The notes under the pieces: model-generated
Seen by the model: only the letters and a program-made list of their open reading frames with translations
Database searches by the model: none
Told to the model about the DNA's origin: nothing
Translations under genes and position numbers: made by a program
Shown: positions 1 through 11,408 of the stretch, in pieces
Numbering within the stretch: position 1 is the stretch's first letter
Layout of the letters: each line of letters begins with the position of its first letter
DNA from: Aulosira sp. ZfuVER01
GTDB lineage: Bacteria > Cyanobacteriota > Cyanobacteriia > Cyanobacteriales > Nostocaceae
Length of the DNA stretch: 64,000 bases
Direction: 5' to 3'
Assembly: GCA_034530615.2 (NCBI GenBank)
Contig: JAVRCV020000004.1
Coordinates: 130,389 to 194,388, forward strand

Positions 1-572
1 TAGTTTTAAACTTAAAATAATCTACACCTTTGTGCAATTTTTTATCATTAAGAAAAATCCCATAGACATAATTATGGCGATATTTCCTCTCCTACTTTGA
101 TATTAATCTGTGATTTTCTTAATTACGAATGAAAAAATGGACACAATATATATTCAAGTGCTATGTGCTAGATTGTCAATCCGGCAAAGCTGTTCAGTAA
201 GTGATTAAACATAGCAATTTAGTCCTTTCCAAAGAACTAGCAAGGATATCTTTGGCTAATAGGGGGTCAGACCCAGTTTATTAGTTATGTAACGAAAATT
301 ATCAGTAACCTTGTAGATACTTGTGCCCCTTCAACTATACCAAAGACAATTTTTTTACCTTGGGATGAGGGGTATTACCCTCGATTTGCTATCAAAATCA
401 TCATCAAATACTAGGAGTTAAATATTGCTTTTAACTAAACATTTAACACTAAGTGTTGACAAGCTAAAAATAATGTATTACTAAGGGTGCATCAAGGTTT
501 AAGAGGCGTTACTACATCCCCGCCAAGAGACTTACTAACGCCCTTGACTTAATTCCTATGGATATCTAGATC

Positions 573-809
573 ATGCCACAAAATACCGATTACGAAGCCT
601 CTACAACAGAAAATCAAGCCAAAGCTTACAGAAAACGCCTTAATGCTTGGGCAATCACTCGTATCGTTCCCAATATGGACCCGGTGATTGTAGCTCGGTT
701 CCGCAGTCGTTCGGATGCAGACGGATATTTGCGACACTTACGCCAGGTGATACCTAACACTAGCTTCGAGATTATTGTTGATTATCCACGCGATGAAGCT
801 GTAATTTGA
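573..809 (+). CDS. small conserved cyanobacterial hypothetical protein
   Basis: 78-aa ORF; RLNAWAITRIVPNM..IVARFRSRSDADGYLRHLRQVIP..FEII resembles a recurrent Nostocales small-protein family (from memory); TTGACA at 456-461 upstream. Confidence 0.7.
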   Translation: MPQNTDYEASTTENQAKAYRKRLNAWAITRIVPNMDPVIVARFRSRSDADGYLRHLRQVIPNTSFEIIVDYPRDEAVI

Positions 810-858
810 AGTTTTCAAACGTCTATGTCCTAGACGATTTGCTAGACTGTGGCTTCAT

Positions 859-884
859 AAAAAAGGCGAACACAAAGTTCGCCT
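859..884 (-). terminator. intrinsic terminator after chlN
   Basis: stem AGGCGAAC/GTTCGCCT with an A-run on the left (U-tract on the minus strand), between convergent genes. Confidence 0.65.
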
Positions 885-928
885 CTACTGAATATGGTGT
901 TATGGTGTTACTTGATTAAACCCAAATT

Positions 929-2356
<1,428 letters not shown>

Positions 2357-2485
2357 TTAAAGCGAACAAGGCAGGTGAATATAGGGTAGGTTATATGGGG
2401 AAAGAATTATTCTCTCCCCATATTTCTGTGATGTGGCACATAGCACCAGCCAGCAATCCCTAAATCCAACAGGAACGCTAATAAT

Positions 2486-3229
2486 TTAAGCGTTGGGGAA
2501 GAGACGGGCAATTTCGGATTCATCAAAAACGCCAGCTGGCAGTTCTTCCCCTAAAAATTCATTGTTGCCATCACCTTTTTGCAGTGCTGTTTCGTCACCC
2601 CAGACATCTGATAACACATCGCTAAAAGCGTTCTCGTCTGTTGAGTTCAAATCCTCAAGTACCTGGTCGTCCAGCTTGATTTCTGATGTAGTGGTCGTAT
2701 CGAAGGAGATTTCACCAAACTCATCTAAATCTGCACTGGCTGTATTTTGGGACTCATTGTTGGAATTATGTCCGTTCAGTCCATTTGAGGTTTGATGACC
2801 AGAATCTACAATGGTAAATTCTTGCGCAACCGCCGCATCCGCAAAGCTGTTGAGATGAGAATTCCTGGCTGTCTCATCTTGGAGGTTTTCATTAATAATG
2901 GTTACGGCATCATTGTGGTAATCCTCTGAATCTACTTTGTGAATATAGCGATTACCAAGAGCAATGTCTGGGTCGAAATGCAAATCCAATACTTCAATTA
3001 AGGTATCGGCGTCAGGATTCAGTCTGGAAAAGGGTAGCATTAACTGCGCTAATTTTGGCTCTAACGCATTGACAACTCCCAGGATGAGGTAAGAAGGTGG
3101 TCGCTTCCCGCCATCAGGGGTATACACTGATTCCACCTCCATGTGGAGAGTAATCCAGTCACGATTCGTCTGGAAGAACATTAACCACTTTTGCTTTATT
3201 GAATCTGTAAAGCTATGAAAGAAAGCCAT
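2486..3229 (-). CDS. DUF5331-like protein with long acidic C-terminal tail
   Basis: SIKQKWL..FQTNRDWI..GGKRPPSYLILGVVNALEPKL; usual position between chlL and chlN; start moved to ATG 3229 to avoid overlap with chlL. Confidence 0.8.
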   Translation of the reverse strand: MAFFHSFTDSIKQKWLMFFQTNRDWITLHMEVESVYTPDGGKRPPSYLILGVVNALEPKLAQLMLPFSRLNPDADTLIEVLDLHFDPDIALGNRYIHKVDSEDYHNDAVTIINENLQDETARNSHLNSFADAAVAQEFTIVDSGHQTSNGLNGHNSNNESQNTASADLDEFGEISFDTTTTSEIKLDDQVLEDLNSTDENAFSDVLSDVWGDETALQKGDGNNEFLGEELPAGVFDESEIARLFPNA

Positions 3230-3260
3230 ATTATTTCCCCATCCTGAGAATTTAGATGAT

Positions 3261-4127
3261 TTATACAATCATCAAGTCTAATTCCTCTTCCGGATTCCGT
3301 ACCTGGGGTTTACTCGGATTTAAATAAAAATCGGATAACAAAGAGAACAATTCTCTGTCTTGGGCGTCGTTCGGAACCACGCCTTCTGGACGTGCCAGAA
3401 TTTGGTCAGCAATGTTGAGATAGTAATCGCAAACGTAGTTCAAAGATGGGTCAGATTCTGCCATTTCAAACAAAGTCTTACCCTTAACACGAGAAACGCG
3501 GATATCTTCAATTAATGGCAGAACTTCCAAAACTGGCATTGGTACTGCTTCTATGTATTTCTCGATCAAATCGCGTTTGGAGGTGCGATTACCAATTAAA
3601 CCTGCTAGGCGCAGTGGGTGAGTCCGTGCTTTTTCCCGAACTGAAGCCGCAATGCGATTGGCAGCAAATAAAGCATCAAAGCCGTTGTCAGTAACAATCA
3701 TGCAGTAATCTGCATAGTTGAGTGGCGCTGCAAAACCACCGCAAACAACGTCGCCTAGTACGTCAAACAAAATTACGTCGTAAACATCAAAGGCGTTGAG
3801 TTCTTTCAGTAATTTTACGGTTTCACCAACAACGTAACCACCACATCCAGCACCAGCTGGCGGGCCACCTGCCTCAACGCAATCGACACCACCGTAGCCT
3901 TTGTAAATTACATCTTCTGGCCAAACGTCTTCGTAGTGGTAGTCCTTTTCTTGCAGGGTATCAATAATTGTGGGAATTAAAAATCCTGTGAGGGTGAAGG
4001 TACTGTCATGCTTGGGGTCGCAGCCAATTTGCAGCACTTTCTTGCCGCGTTTTGCTAGGGCGACTGAGATGTTACAGCTAGTTGTGGATTTGCCGATTCC
4101 ACCTTTTCCATACACTGCTAGTTTCAC
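3261..4127 (-). CDS. chlL: light-independent protochlorophyllide reductase iron-sulfur ATP-binding protein
   Basis: [16 protein letters not shown]-loop, [29 protein letters not shown] start at 4127. Confidence 0.98.
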   Translation of the reverse strand: MKLAVYGKGGIGKSTTSCNISVALAKRGKKVLQIGCDPKHDSTFTLTGFLIPTIIDTLQEKDYHYEDVWPEDVIYKGYGGVDCVEAGGPPAGAGCGGYVVGETVKLLKELNAFDVYDVILFDVLGDVVCGGFAAPLNYADYCMIVTDNGFDALFAANRIAASVREKARTHPLRLAGLIGNRTSKRDLIEKYIEAVPMPVLEVLPLIEDIRVSRVKGKTLFEMAESDPSLNYVCDYYLNIADQILARPEGVVPNDAQDRELFSLLSDFYLNPSKPQVRNPEEELDLMIV

Positions 4128-4909
4128 TGTTGTTTGCCTCTTATAGTTTCTTATCAAACTTTTGGCTGAAACATTTGCCTTCACCTAGCCTGATATGGCG
4201 ATGCGTGAGGTCTTGTGGTGTCATTATTGTCCAAATCACCAGGAAAATAAAGGGGGCTGGAATATGAAAAAAGACGATATATGATGCATTTGAATATATA
4301 AATATATTTATATATTAAAAATCACTTTAAAAACCTTAATAACTAATTAAATATATTTAAAATATAATTTTTAATTTATTTAAATAAAAATAGTTACAAA
4401 AGACAAAAAGTCTTGAGTCCAGTTTTTTCAAGACTTTTGATTGAATTAGATGATGCTCATTACGGTATATGAGAGTCTACGTCAGAGGTGAATATAGAGA
4501 TTCCCAAGCCTAAGGTATAAATACCAAAAAAATGATCGACAGCAGTTAAAATGGCAGTTTTTCGTCAATTGTCAAGAATATCTAATTCCTGTTTTTCAGC
4601 AATTGCTTTTTATATGCAACAAATTATTAAATTTTCAAATATACATTTAGACACAAGCGATAGTGCGATCGCCAATCAGATTTGATATTTACGCGATTTG
4701 ATTGGAATAGCATTTATCTGCTAATGGAAACCAAATCTGAGTTAGCCGTGACAGCCAGGATACCTAGTGAGATACTCAGATAATTCAGCTTTACTAGTTC
4801 TGACCAACTCATAATTTGAGTAAATTTATGTAAAGAAATTTCCAAAATTTTGATTATTTTTTGTAGCTCGAAACTATCAACCATCAATCAAATGGTAGGA
4901 GTCAAGAGT

Positions 4910-5125
4910 ATGAAAAAAGAGCTTAATAGTACTGAGATTTCTAATTTACCTCCAGTAGAGGAACTTTCTGATGAAGCTCTCTCTACTATCTCTGGCGGTC
5001 GCTATAAAAAACCCTTGAGTCAAACTAGCACCGTGGGTTTATCGACACCAGACGGCGACCCCGTTGACGTTTATGTTGACGGAGTTCGCGTCAATTCGGT
5101 CGAAACTGGATACTATCCTAGGTAG
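4910..5125 (+). CDS. double-glycine-leader (bacteriocin/RiPP-type) precursor peptide
   Basis: AGGAG RBS at 4897-4901; 71 aa; leader ends in EELSDEALSTISGG, followed by a 41-aa core. Confidence 0.7.
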   Translation: MKKELNSTEISNLPPVEELSDEALSTISGGRYKKPLSQTSTVGLSTPDGDPVDVYVDGVRVNSVETGYYPR

Positions 5126-5143
5126 AGTATCTCACTCGGTAAA

Positions 5144-5398
5144 TCAGGAAACTTCGTCTTCGAGTTGTGCTATTTCCTTCAATGGTTGCCAGCCGGCTTG
5201 CCACTGAGAGCTATCTTGTAATAATTTGGCATTGAGCCAGAAACGAACTTTTGGATCGCAAGCCGCAACCATTTCAGCGTAAACCCAATTACCTTGATTT
5301 TTCCGGTTGACGACTTGGAAATGCCGCCAACCATCTATCTTTTGCTGCGCTGTCCATTTAGAACCTAGAAGATAAGGAAATTTTTGTTTTTTTGGCAT
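5144..5398 (-). CDS. TIGR02450-like Trp-rich protein
   Basis: LLGSKWTA..GWRHFQV..FWLNAKLLQD..WQAGW pattern. Confidence 0.8.
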   Translation of the reverse strand: MPKKQKFPYLLGSKWTAQQKIDGWRHFQVVNRKNQGNWVYAEMVAACDPKVRFWLNAKLLQDSSQWQAGWQPLKEIAQLEDEVS

Positions 5399-5402
5399 TT
5401 GT

Positions 5403-5482
5403 CATTGGGCATTGGGTATTGGGGAGCCAGTCGCGTGGGCGGCTTTGCCAACTTGAGCGAACTGGCGTCATTGGGCATTGGG
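5403..5482. repeat. STRR heptamer array (CATTGGG) interrupted by a 45-bp palindromic element
   Basis: three heptamers, insert 5424-5468 with GCCAGT..ACTGGC ends, then two more heptamers. Confidence 0.8.
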
Positions 5483-5591
5483 CAAGACTTATTTTTTATT
5501 TTTCCCTTCCCTTGTCTCTCTCATCTCCCCCATTCCCAGTTCCTAAAAGACTGCTGTCTGGGGTGTTCAGGGGCAATGGCATAAAGAATGT

Positions 5592-5620
5592 TGTAGAGAC
5601 GCGAAAGTTCGCGTCTCTGT
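5592..5620. repeat. GTAG-type REP-like palindrome / terminator after purQ
   Basis: GTAGAGACGCGAA-AG-TTCGCGTCTCTGTA. Confidence 0.65.
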
Positions 5621-5624
5621 AAAG

Positions 5625-6302
5625 CTAGGCGATCGCGGCCACTTTATCCAATAATCCTTGAAACAACCTCAAACCATCATTACCGCCTAAAATTGGGTCA
5701 GAGGCTCTTTCAGGGTGGGGCATCATGCCTAAAACATTGCCCTGTCGATTACAAATCCCGGCAATGTTGTTCAATGAACCGTTGGGGTTCTCGCCTACAT
5801 AACGGAACACAACTTGCCCGTTATCTTCCAGTTCTGCAAGAGTGGCTTGATCGGCATAGAATCGACCTTCCCCGTGGGCAACGGGTACAGTGATAATTTC
5901 ACCAGGTACGTAAGCTTGCGTCCAAAGAAGATTTGTCCGCTCGACTTTAAGAGGAAGGCGATCGCATATAAAATGCAAATCCTGATTTCTAGTCAGAATC
6001 CCTGGTAATAAACCAGCTTCCGTTAAAACTTGAAAGCCATTGCAAATACCTAAGACAAACTTACCTTTTTGGGCGTGTTCGACAACCTGCTGCATTACTG
6101 GCGAAAATCGTGCGATCGCACCGCAACGTAAATAATCCCCGTAACTAAAGCCACCAGGTATGACAATCACATCCAAATCAGCAATATCAGTCTCTTGATG
6201 CCAAACCATGCGAGTCGGTTGCTCAAGCAAGTCTCTAGTGACATAAGCAACATCGCGATCGCAATTAGAACCCGGAAAAACTACAACGCCGAATTTTGTC
6301 AT
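5625..6302 (-). CDS. purQ: phosphoribosylformylglycinamidine synthase subunit PurQ
   Basis: [32 protein letters not shown] motifs. Confidence 0.97.
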   Translation of the reverse strand: MTKFGVVVFPGSNCDRDVAYVTRDLLEQPTRMVWHQETDIADLDVIVIPGGFSYGDYLRCGAIARFSPVMQQVVEHAQKGKFVLGICNGFQVLTEAGLLPGILTRNQDLHFICDRLPLKVERTNLLWTQAYVPGEIITVPVAHGEGRFYADQATLAELEDNGQVVFRYVGENPNGSLNNIAGICNRQGNVLGMMPHPERASDPILGGNDGLRLFQGLLDKVAAIA

Positions 6303-6445
6303 TTGTCATTTGTTATTAGTCATTTGTGATTGGGGAATTGGGGAATTGGGTATTGGGAATTGGGCATTGGGCAGGAAGGCGAGAGTCATTTGTCATTTCT
6401 CCTCCCTGTCCTCCCTGTCCTCCTTGTCCCCCTCATCCCTAGCCT
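6295..6445. repeat. mixed STRR arrays
   Basis: TTTGTCA, GGAATTG/GCATTGG heptamers and TCCTCCCTG nonamers between purS and purQ. Confidence 0.8.
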
Positions 6446-6724
6446 CTAAAACACTCCTGTCTGTGTTTCGACTTCTATTAATTCAAAGCGATAATTTTCA
6501 ATTACCGGATTTGAGAGCATTTGGTCACAGATTTGCTCAAGGTCTTGACGTGCTTTAGCCTCTTGCGTTGAGGTAATAGTCAATTCAATGTACTTACCAA
6601 TCCGCACATTTTCAACGTTGTCGTATCCCATTTGCTTGAGGCCAGATTGTACAGCCACGCCAGCAGGGTCTAAAACAGAAGGACGAAGTGTCACAAAAAT
6701 TTTGGCTAGATACTTCCTTTGCAC
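6446..6724 (-). CDS. purS: phosphoribosylformylglycinamidine synthase subunit PurS
   Basis: VTLRPSVLDPAG, VRIGKYIEL, LSNPVIENY; adjacent to purQ. Confidence 0.96.
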   Translation of the reverse strand: MQRKYLAKIFVTLRPSVLDPAGVAVQSGLKQMGYDNVENVRIGKYIELTITSTQEAKARQDLEQICDQMLSNPVIENYRFELIEVETQTGVF

Positions 6725-6869
6725 GAGTTTTCGCTGAATGCTGCGATCGCTATACTATAACTTTCTGTTCCAACTGAGTAAAAATAAGATTATGAAGCGA
6801 TTATAGTTAATTTATTTAGTTAGCCAGTATGAGAGCTTCAACCACAGCGGCAAATTTAAACAATTGTCT

Positions 6870-7274
6870 ATGAGAGCCATACGCACCCGCAGTCAGGAGA
6901 GGATCTTAAACCTGTTGAAAACCGTCAAACAAGGAATTTCCGCACAGGATATATACATAGAATTACGTAATCGGAATCAAAGTATGGGGTTAGCAACAGT
7001 TTACCGATCCTTGGAAGCCTTAAAGCTGGAAGGAATGGTACAAATACGGACTCTAGCAAATGGCGAAGCTCTCTATAGCCTAGCGCAGCAAGACAAGCAC
7101 CACCTCACTTGCTTGCAATGCGGTATTTCAATTCCGATTAATCAATGCCCAGTACATAACCTGGAAGAGCAGTTAGAAGCCAACCACAAGTTTAAAATTT
7201 TTTACCACACTCTAGAGTTTTTTGGTTTGTGCAACCAATGTCAGAATGAACAAGCAGCTGAAATTAGTCAATAG
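6870..7274 (+). CDS. zur: Fur-family regulator, Zur (FurB) type
   Basis: MRAIRTRSQERIL, GLATVYRSL, HHLTCLQC, GLCNQC; closely matches Anabaena FurB/Zur as recalled. Confidence 0.88.
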   Translation: MRAIRTRSQERILNLLKTVKQGISAQDIYIELRNRNQSMGLATVYRSLEALKLEGMVQIRTLANGEALYSLAQQDKHHLTCLQCGISIPINQCPVHNLEEQLEANHKFKIFYHTLEFFGLCNQCQNEQAAEISQ

Positions 7275-7409
7275 TCAAGGGTCAAGGGTCAAAAGGCAAT
7301 AGGCAATAGGCAATAGACAAAATATATTAATTAATCTCCCTTGTCCCCCTTGTCCCCCTTGTCCCCCTTGTCCCCTCATCCCCCTCATCCCCCTCATCCC
7401 CCTCATCTC
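7272..7409. repeat. STRR arrays
   Basis: GTCAAGG and GGCAATA heptamers; TGTCCCCCT and CATCCCCCT nonamers. Confidence 0.85.
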
Positions 7410-7411
7410 AA

Positions 7412-8389
7412 CTAGACGTGCTTATTATTGAAGTCAGGAATTTCCTGACCATCCGAGACAATGGAACGAATGCCCTCTAAAGTTGCAGGAATAGTACGGG
7501 GGTCAATAAACATGACCTTGCTGCTGTCGCTTTTACCAATTGTCGATCCCATATCCAGATAACCTAAAGCCAAGAGAACTTCCAACGCTGAACGCGCATC
7601 GGGGTTATTTTTAATTTTTTGAGCAATAATCTCTGCCGATTCAGCAACAGCTTGTGCTTTGAGAACTTGTTGTTGACGTTCAGCTTGTGCTTTGAGAACA
7701 ATCGCTTTTTGTTCAGCTTCAGCTTGTAAAATTACAGCTTTTTGGCGGGCTTCTGCATCCAGAATTTGGGCATCGGCTTTACCTCTAGCGCTATTAACAG
7801 CAGATTCGCGATCGCCTTCCGATGTTAAAATTGATGCCCGTTTGCGCCGTTCTGCCGACATCTGTAATTCCATCGATTCCTGCACCGCCTTAGAGGGGAT
7901 AATATCTCGCAGTTCTACCCGCGTTACTTTCACACCCCAAGGGTCAGTAGCAATGTCCAAATCCCGCAATAGAAGTTCATTAATTTGAGAACGGGCGGTA
8001 AAGGTTTCATCTAACTCCAGTTGTCCCATTTCCGAACGAATTTGAGTTAATACCAAATTCACCATTGCCGACTGGAGATTTTCTACTTTGTAATAAGCTC
8101 TTTCCATATCCATGATGCGCCAGTAAACCACTGCATCAACTGTGATCGAAACGTTGTCACGGGTAATGCACTGTTGTGGCGGAATATCTAAGACTTTTTC
8201 TCGGATAGTTTGTTTGTAAACAATCTTATCGAGGAAAGGCGTAACGAAGTTTAGCCCTGGCCCTAATTTTTTGTTGTAGCTACCCAATTTTTCAACCAAG
8301 GCCTCATCGCCCTGATTAATAACTTTAACTGAACCTGCTAATGCAGAACCTCCAAGTGCCAAAACTATTAGCAACAAGAACTGTTCCAT
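7412..8389 (-). CDS. SPFH/band 7 (stomatin/paraslipin-like) membrane protein
   Basis: N-terminal [39 protein letters not shown]-rich coiled coil. Confidence 0.93.
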   Translation of the reverse strand: MEQFLLLIVLALGGSALAGSVKVINQGDEALVEKLGSYNKKLGPGLNFVTPFLDKIVYKQTIREKVLDIPPQQCITRDNVSITVDAVVYWRIMDMERAYYKVENLQSAMVNLVLTQIRSEMGQLELDETFTARSQINELLLRDLDIATDPWGVKVTRVELRDIIPSKAVQESMELQMSAERRKRASILTSEGDRESAVNSARGKADAQILDAEARQKAVILQAEAEQKAIVLKAQAERQQQVLKAQAVAESAEIIAQKIKNNPDARSALEVLLALGYLDMGSTIGKSDSSKVMFIDPRTIPATLEGIRSIVSDGQEIPDFNNKHV

Positions 8390-8472
8390 TGTGATTCTCC
8401 TAAATTATTGGATATTTAAGTTTCAACAGTGAAAGTTGAGTGAAAGAATAATCATTAACTTTGAACTAGTAC

Positions 8473-8907
8473 CTAAGAATGCAAGAGATTTTCAGGCATC
8501 ACAATCAAGGTGGTGCCTTCTCTACGCACGATATAAACTCTTTGATGAGGTGCGACGCTGAGTTTTTCATCGTCGCATCTTGCTTGCCAAGAATTTCCTT
8601 CGTATAGCACCCGCCCTGTTTTTCCTGCGGGAATTTCAGTTAAAGTTTCACCTGTAATTGCATTTTGGATTTTCGAGTTGCGTCTTCGTGGTTGTAAAAA
8701 CCTGCGGGAACCCACAATCAGTAATGTGGAAAGCAACAGCCAAACTACAACTTGTAGCCATAAACTTCCCAGAAAAAATTGAGACATTATTGCTACGGCA
8801 ATAGCGCTAATTCCCATCATGAAAGCCACAAAAGCAGATGGTAAGAACAGTTCCATTAAACACAGAACCGATCCTGCCAAAAGCCAGATTAGGGTATAAC
8901 TTGGCAT
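8473..8907 (-). CDS. NfeD-family membrane protein
   Basis: hydrophobic N-terminus plus OB-fold tail GRVLYEGNSWQA..REGTTLIV; classic SPFH partner. Confidence 0.9.
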   Translation of the reverse strand: MPSYTLIWLLAGSVLCLMELFLPSAFVAFMMGISAIAVAIMSQFFLGSLWLQVVVWLLLSTLLIVGSRRFLQPRRRNSKIQNAITGETLTEIPAGKTGRVLYEGNSWQARCDDEKLSVAPHQRVYIVRREGTTLIVMPENLLHS

Positions 8908-9034
8908 AGCGCCATCCTGACACTACATTTATGTCAATGTATTTCTCTTGCTACATATACCTAAAGGCTGACTGCTTACGGAAAGCAAAATATGGTACTT
9001 TAACCATCAATTTTGATTAAATTCAGTAACAAGT

Positions 9035-9050
9035 TGTAGCCAGAGGTACA
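9035..9050. promoter_or_regulatory. candidate NtcA-binding site
   Basis: TGTA-GCCAGAGG-TACA (TGTA-N8-TACA) in a divergent intergenic region; no canonical -10 at 22-23 nt. Confidence 0.35.
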
Positions 9051-9140
9051 CGAATCCAGTCTATTCTAGCCTTCAAGTATTTGACAGCTATATTTAATTG
9101 AAATTCATGAGTTGATTTGTTTCCTAAATTTATACAATGT

Positions 9141-11060
9141 ATGATTTCTACTCAACAGATAATTTATTGCATCAATCCAGACTGTACTAACCCCATTAAT
9201 CCTTTGGGGAGCCGTGTTTGTGCTAATTGTCAAACTTCCTTAGTACATCGCTATCTTTGGGCAACTGGTTCTCAAGCAGCGAAAATTCCACCAGGAACAA
9301 CGGTGGCAAATAGGTATGAGGTAATTACGCATCAAATTTGGTTGGACACTCAACCTGGATTACTCCCCGACATACCCGCAGAATTGCCAAAGGAAGTGAT
9401 TCCTTACCTACGGTTATATTATGAGCGATTGCACCTGCCCCAAGCTTATGGTTATGTTCCCGCCTTTGAGGAAGATGGGGATGATATTTTGTTGCTGGAA
9501 AACGTGCCGATCGCAGAAACTGGAAATATCTATCCTGCGATCGCTAATGCATGGGAACAAGCAACGGCGGTAAGACAGGTTTACTGGCTATGGCAAATTC
9601 TCCAACTTTGGCAACCTTTATCAGAACAGGGAGTTGCTAGCAGTTTACTCATGTTGAACAACCTGCGGGTGCAAGGTTGGTGTGTGCGGCTGTTGGAACT
9701 TCACCAGACAACAGAAAGCTTACCCAGTTTGCCAGATTTGGGAGAATCTTGGCAGCCTTTGGTAGCATCTGCCAAAGCATCAATAGCTCAAAGTTTACAG
9801 AATATAGTCAAGCAGATGTGTACCACTGAAGTTGAGTTCGAGGCAATTTGCACTCAACTCAATGCTTTGTTACTCTCATCTGCGGCAGAATTGCCATTAA
9901 ATCTAGAAGTAGCAGGCGCAACCGATACTGGGATAGTAATGACGCGCAATGAAGATACTTGCTTCCCTGCTAACTCTCATGACCTCAAAGACTCACTCAT
10001 CCCACACTTATCGATTGTTTGCGATGGTATTGGCGGACATCAAGGCGGTGAAGTCGCTAGCCAATTAGCAGTACAGTCAGTAAAATTGCAGATCCGGGCA
10101 TTATTTGCAGAGTTAGCGGCAGAAACCGAACTAATAACCCCAGATTTGTGGGAAGAACAACTAGAAACCAGCCTGCGGGTAGTAAATAACGTGATTTGTG
10201 CCAGTAATGACGCCCAAAATCGCCAAGGTAGAGAACGTATGGCTACAACTCTGGTAATGGCATTACAAGTGCCGCAACGAGTGCCGGCAAACTCTGCTAA
10301 GGGTTCAGCAACTACCCATGAACTTTACCTGGCTAGTGTTGGTGATAGCCGTGCTTATTGGATTACTCGAAATTATTGTCAGCTACTCACAGTAGATGAT
10401 GATGTAGCAGCGCGAGAAGTCCGCTATGCGCGGAATTTATATCGTCAAGCGCTGATGCGGCCAGATGCAACTGCATTAACTCAAGCCTTGGGAACCAGAG
10501 ATGCCGAATCCTTAAGGGTTGAAATCAGGCGGTTCATTTTGGAAGAAGATGGCATATTGTTGCTGTGTTCTGATGGGTTAAGTGACAATAATTGGGTAGA
10601 AGAATCATGGCAGAATTACGCACTTGCCGTGTTAAATAGGCAAGTGGATATAGAAGATGGTGTAAATCGTTGGATTAAATTTGCCAATCAAAAAAATGGT
10701 CATGATAATACATCGTTGGTTATGACCCTTTGCAACGTTTCGCGAGAATACTTCGTCTCCTTAACTTATGCACAACCGCAAGCAGAAGTCATAGAAGCAG
10801 AAAAAACAGAGGACTTCTCTTTGCCGGAAAGTTCACCAGTAATCCTAGATGTGGACATTGTAGAGGAAGTTATCCCAACCGATGTCAAACAACCAAGCCG
10901 AGGTAAAGCTTTAGTGCTGCTTGGAGGATTATTATTACTTTTGGGTGGTACAACTTTGGGATTATTAGTTTGGTGGCAACTTCAGCCGCAAACATTCCAG
11001 CAAATATGTCGCCAACTGCCCCCAGGATTGCAACAGCTATGTTCCCAGAATAGAGAGTAG
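9141..11060 (+). CDS. PP2C/PPM-family Ser/Thr phosphatase with N-terminal 4-Cys motif and C-terminal TM
   Basis: YCINPDC..CANC; RNED, VCDGIGGH, VGDSRAY, LLCSDGL, GHDNTS; hydrophobic C-terminal segment. Confidence 0.92.
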   Translation: MISTQQIIYCINPDCTNPINPLGSRVCANCQTSLVHRYLWATGSQAAKIPPGTTVANRYEVITHQIWLDTQPGLLPDIPAELPKEVIPYLRLYYERLHLPQAYGYVPAFEEDGDDILLLENVPIAETGNIYPAIANAWEQATAVRQVYWLWQILQLWQPLSEQGVASSLLMLNNLRVQGWCVRLLELHQTTESLPSLPDLGESWQPLVASAKASIAQSLQNIVKQMCTTEVEFEAICTQLNALLLSSAAELPLNLEVAGATDTGIVMTRNEDTCFPANSHDLKDSLIPHLSIVCDGIGGHQGGEVASQLAVQSVKLQIRALFAELAAETELITPDLWEEQLETSLRVVNNVICASNDAQNRQGRERMATTLVMALQVPQRVPANSAKGSATTHELYLASVGDSRAYWITRNYCQLLTVDDDVAAREVRYARNLYRQALMRPDATALTQALGTRDAESLRVEIRRFILEEDGILLLCSDGLSDNNWVEESWQNYALAVLNRQVDIEDGVNRWIKFANQKNGHDNTSLVMTLCNVSREYFVSLTYAQPQAEVIEAEKTEDFSLPESSPVILDVDIVEEVIPTDVKQPSRGKALVLLGGLLLLLGGTTLGLLVWWQLQPQTFQQICRQLPPGLQQLCSQNRE

Positions 11061-11170
11061 GGATGAGGGAGATGAGGGGGAAAAAGCAGGGAAGCAGGGA
11101 GCAAGGGGACAAGGGAGACAAGGAGGACAGGGAGGAGAAATGACTATTGCCCAATACCCAATGACCATTG
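11059..11170. repeat. STRR-like purine-rich repeats
   Basis: GGGATGA, AGCAGGG, GGACAAGG(G/A) units. Confidence 0.7.
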
Positions 11171-11269
11171 GCAATAGAATATCTATCTTGTTGTAAAATT
11201 GGACTTGGCGTTAAAGAGCCCCGTAAGAGCTAAAGCGGGTTTTCCTAGCCCGTGAGGCCGCTCATCCTC

Positions 11270-11408
11270 AAAAAAAGCGCCTCTGAGACACCCATAGGAG
11301 TGGACAAGTGCACTGAGGAGTCCATGATGGTGTGGATTTTCCTAACCATCAGATAGCCGTCTCGTTAACTCCTGTGTTTGGCAAACTTATTGTGAGAGTT
11401 TGTTGAAC
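11270..11408 (-). ncRNA. candidate small regulatory RNA (unidentified)
   Basis: structured intergenic segment; minus-strand GU-containing hairpin followed by 7 U; two ACUCCU motifs; TATCCT candidate -10 at 11415-11420. Confidence 0.35.

Noticed and set aside
6310..6558. ORFs made of repeat translations (also 5384-5622, 10885-11154, 62488-62757)
   Set aside because: LGIGNW/SSLSP-type products of STRRs overlapping real genes
7272..7409. Tandem repeats as a possible CRISPR array (also 6295-6445 and 11059-11170)
   Set aside because: Units are 7-9 bp and contiguous, with no unique spacers and no cas genes; ordinary STRRs
11280..11360. TPP or fluoride riboswitch
   Set aside because: Only short fragments (CTGAGA, GATGGTGT) match; core motifs and suitable downstream genes are absent
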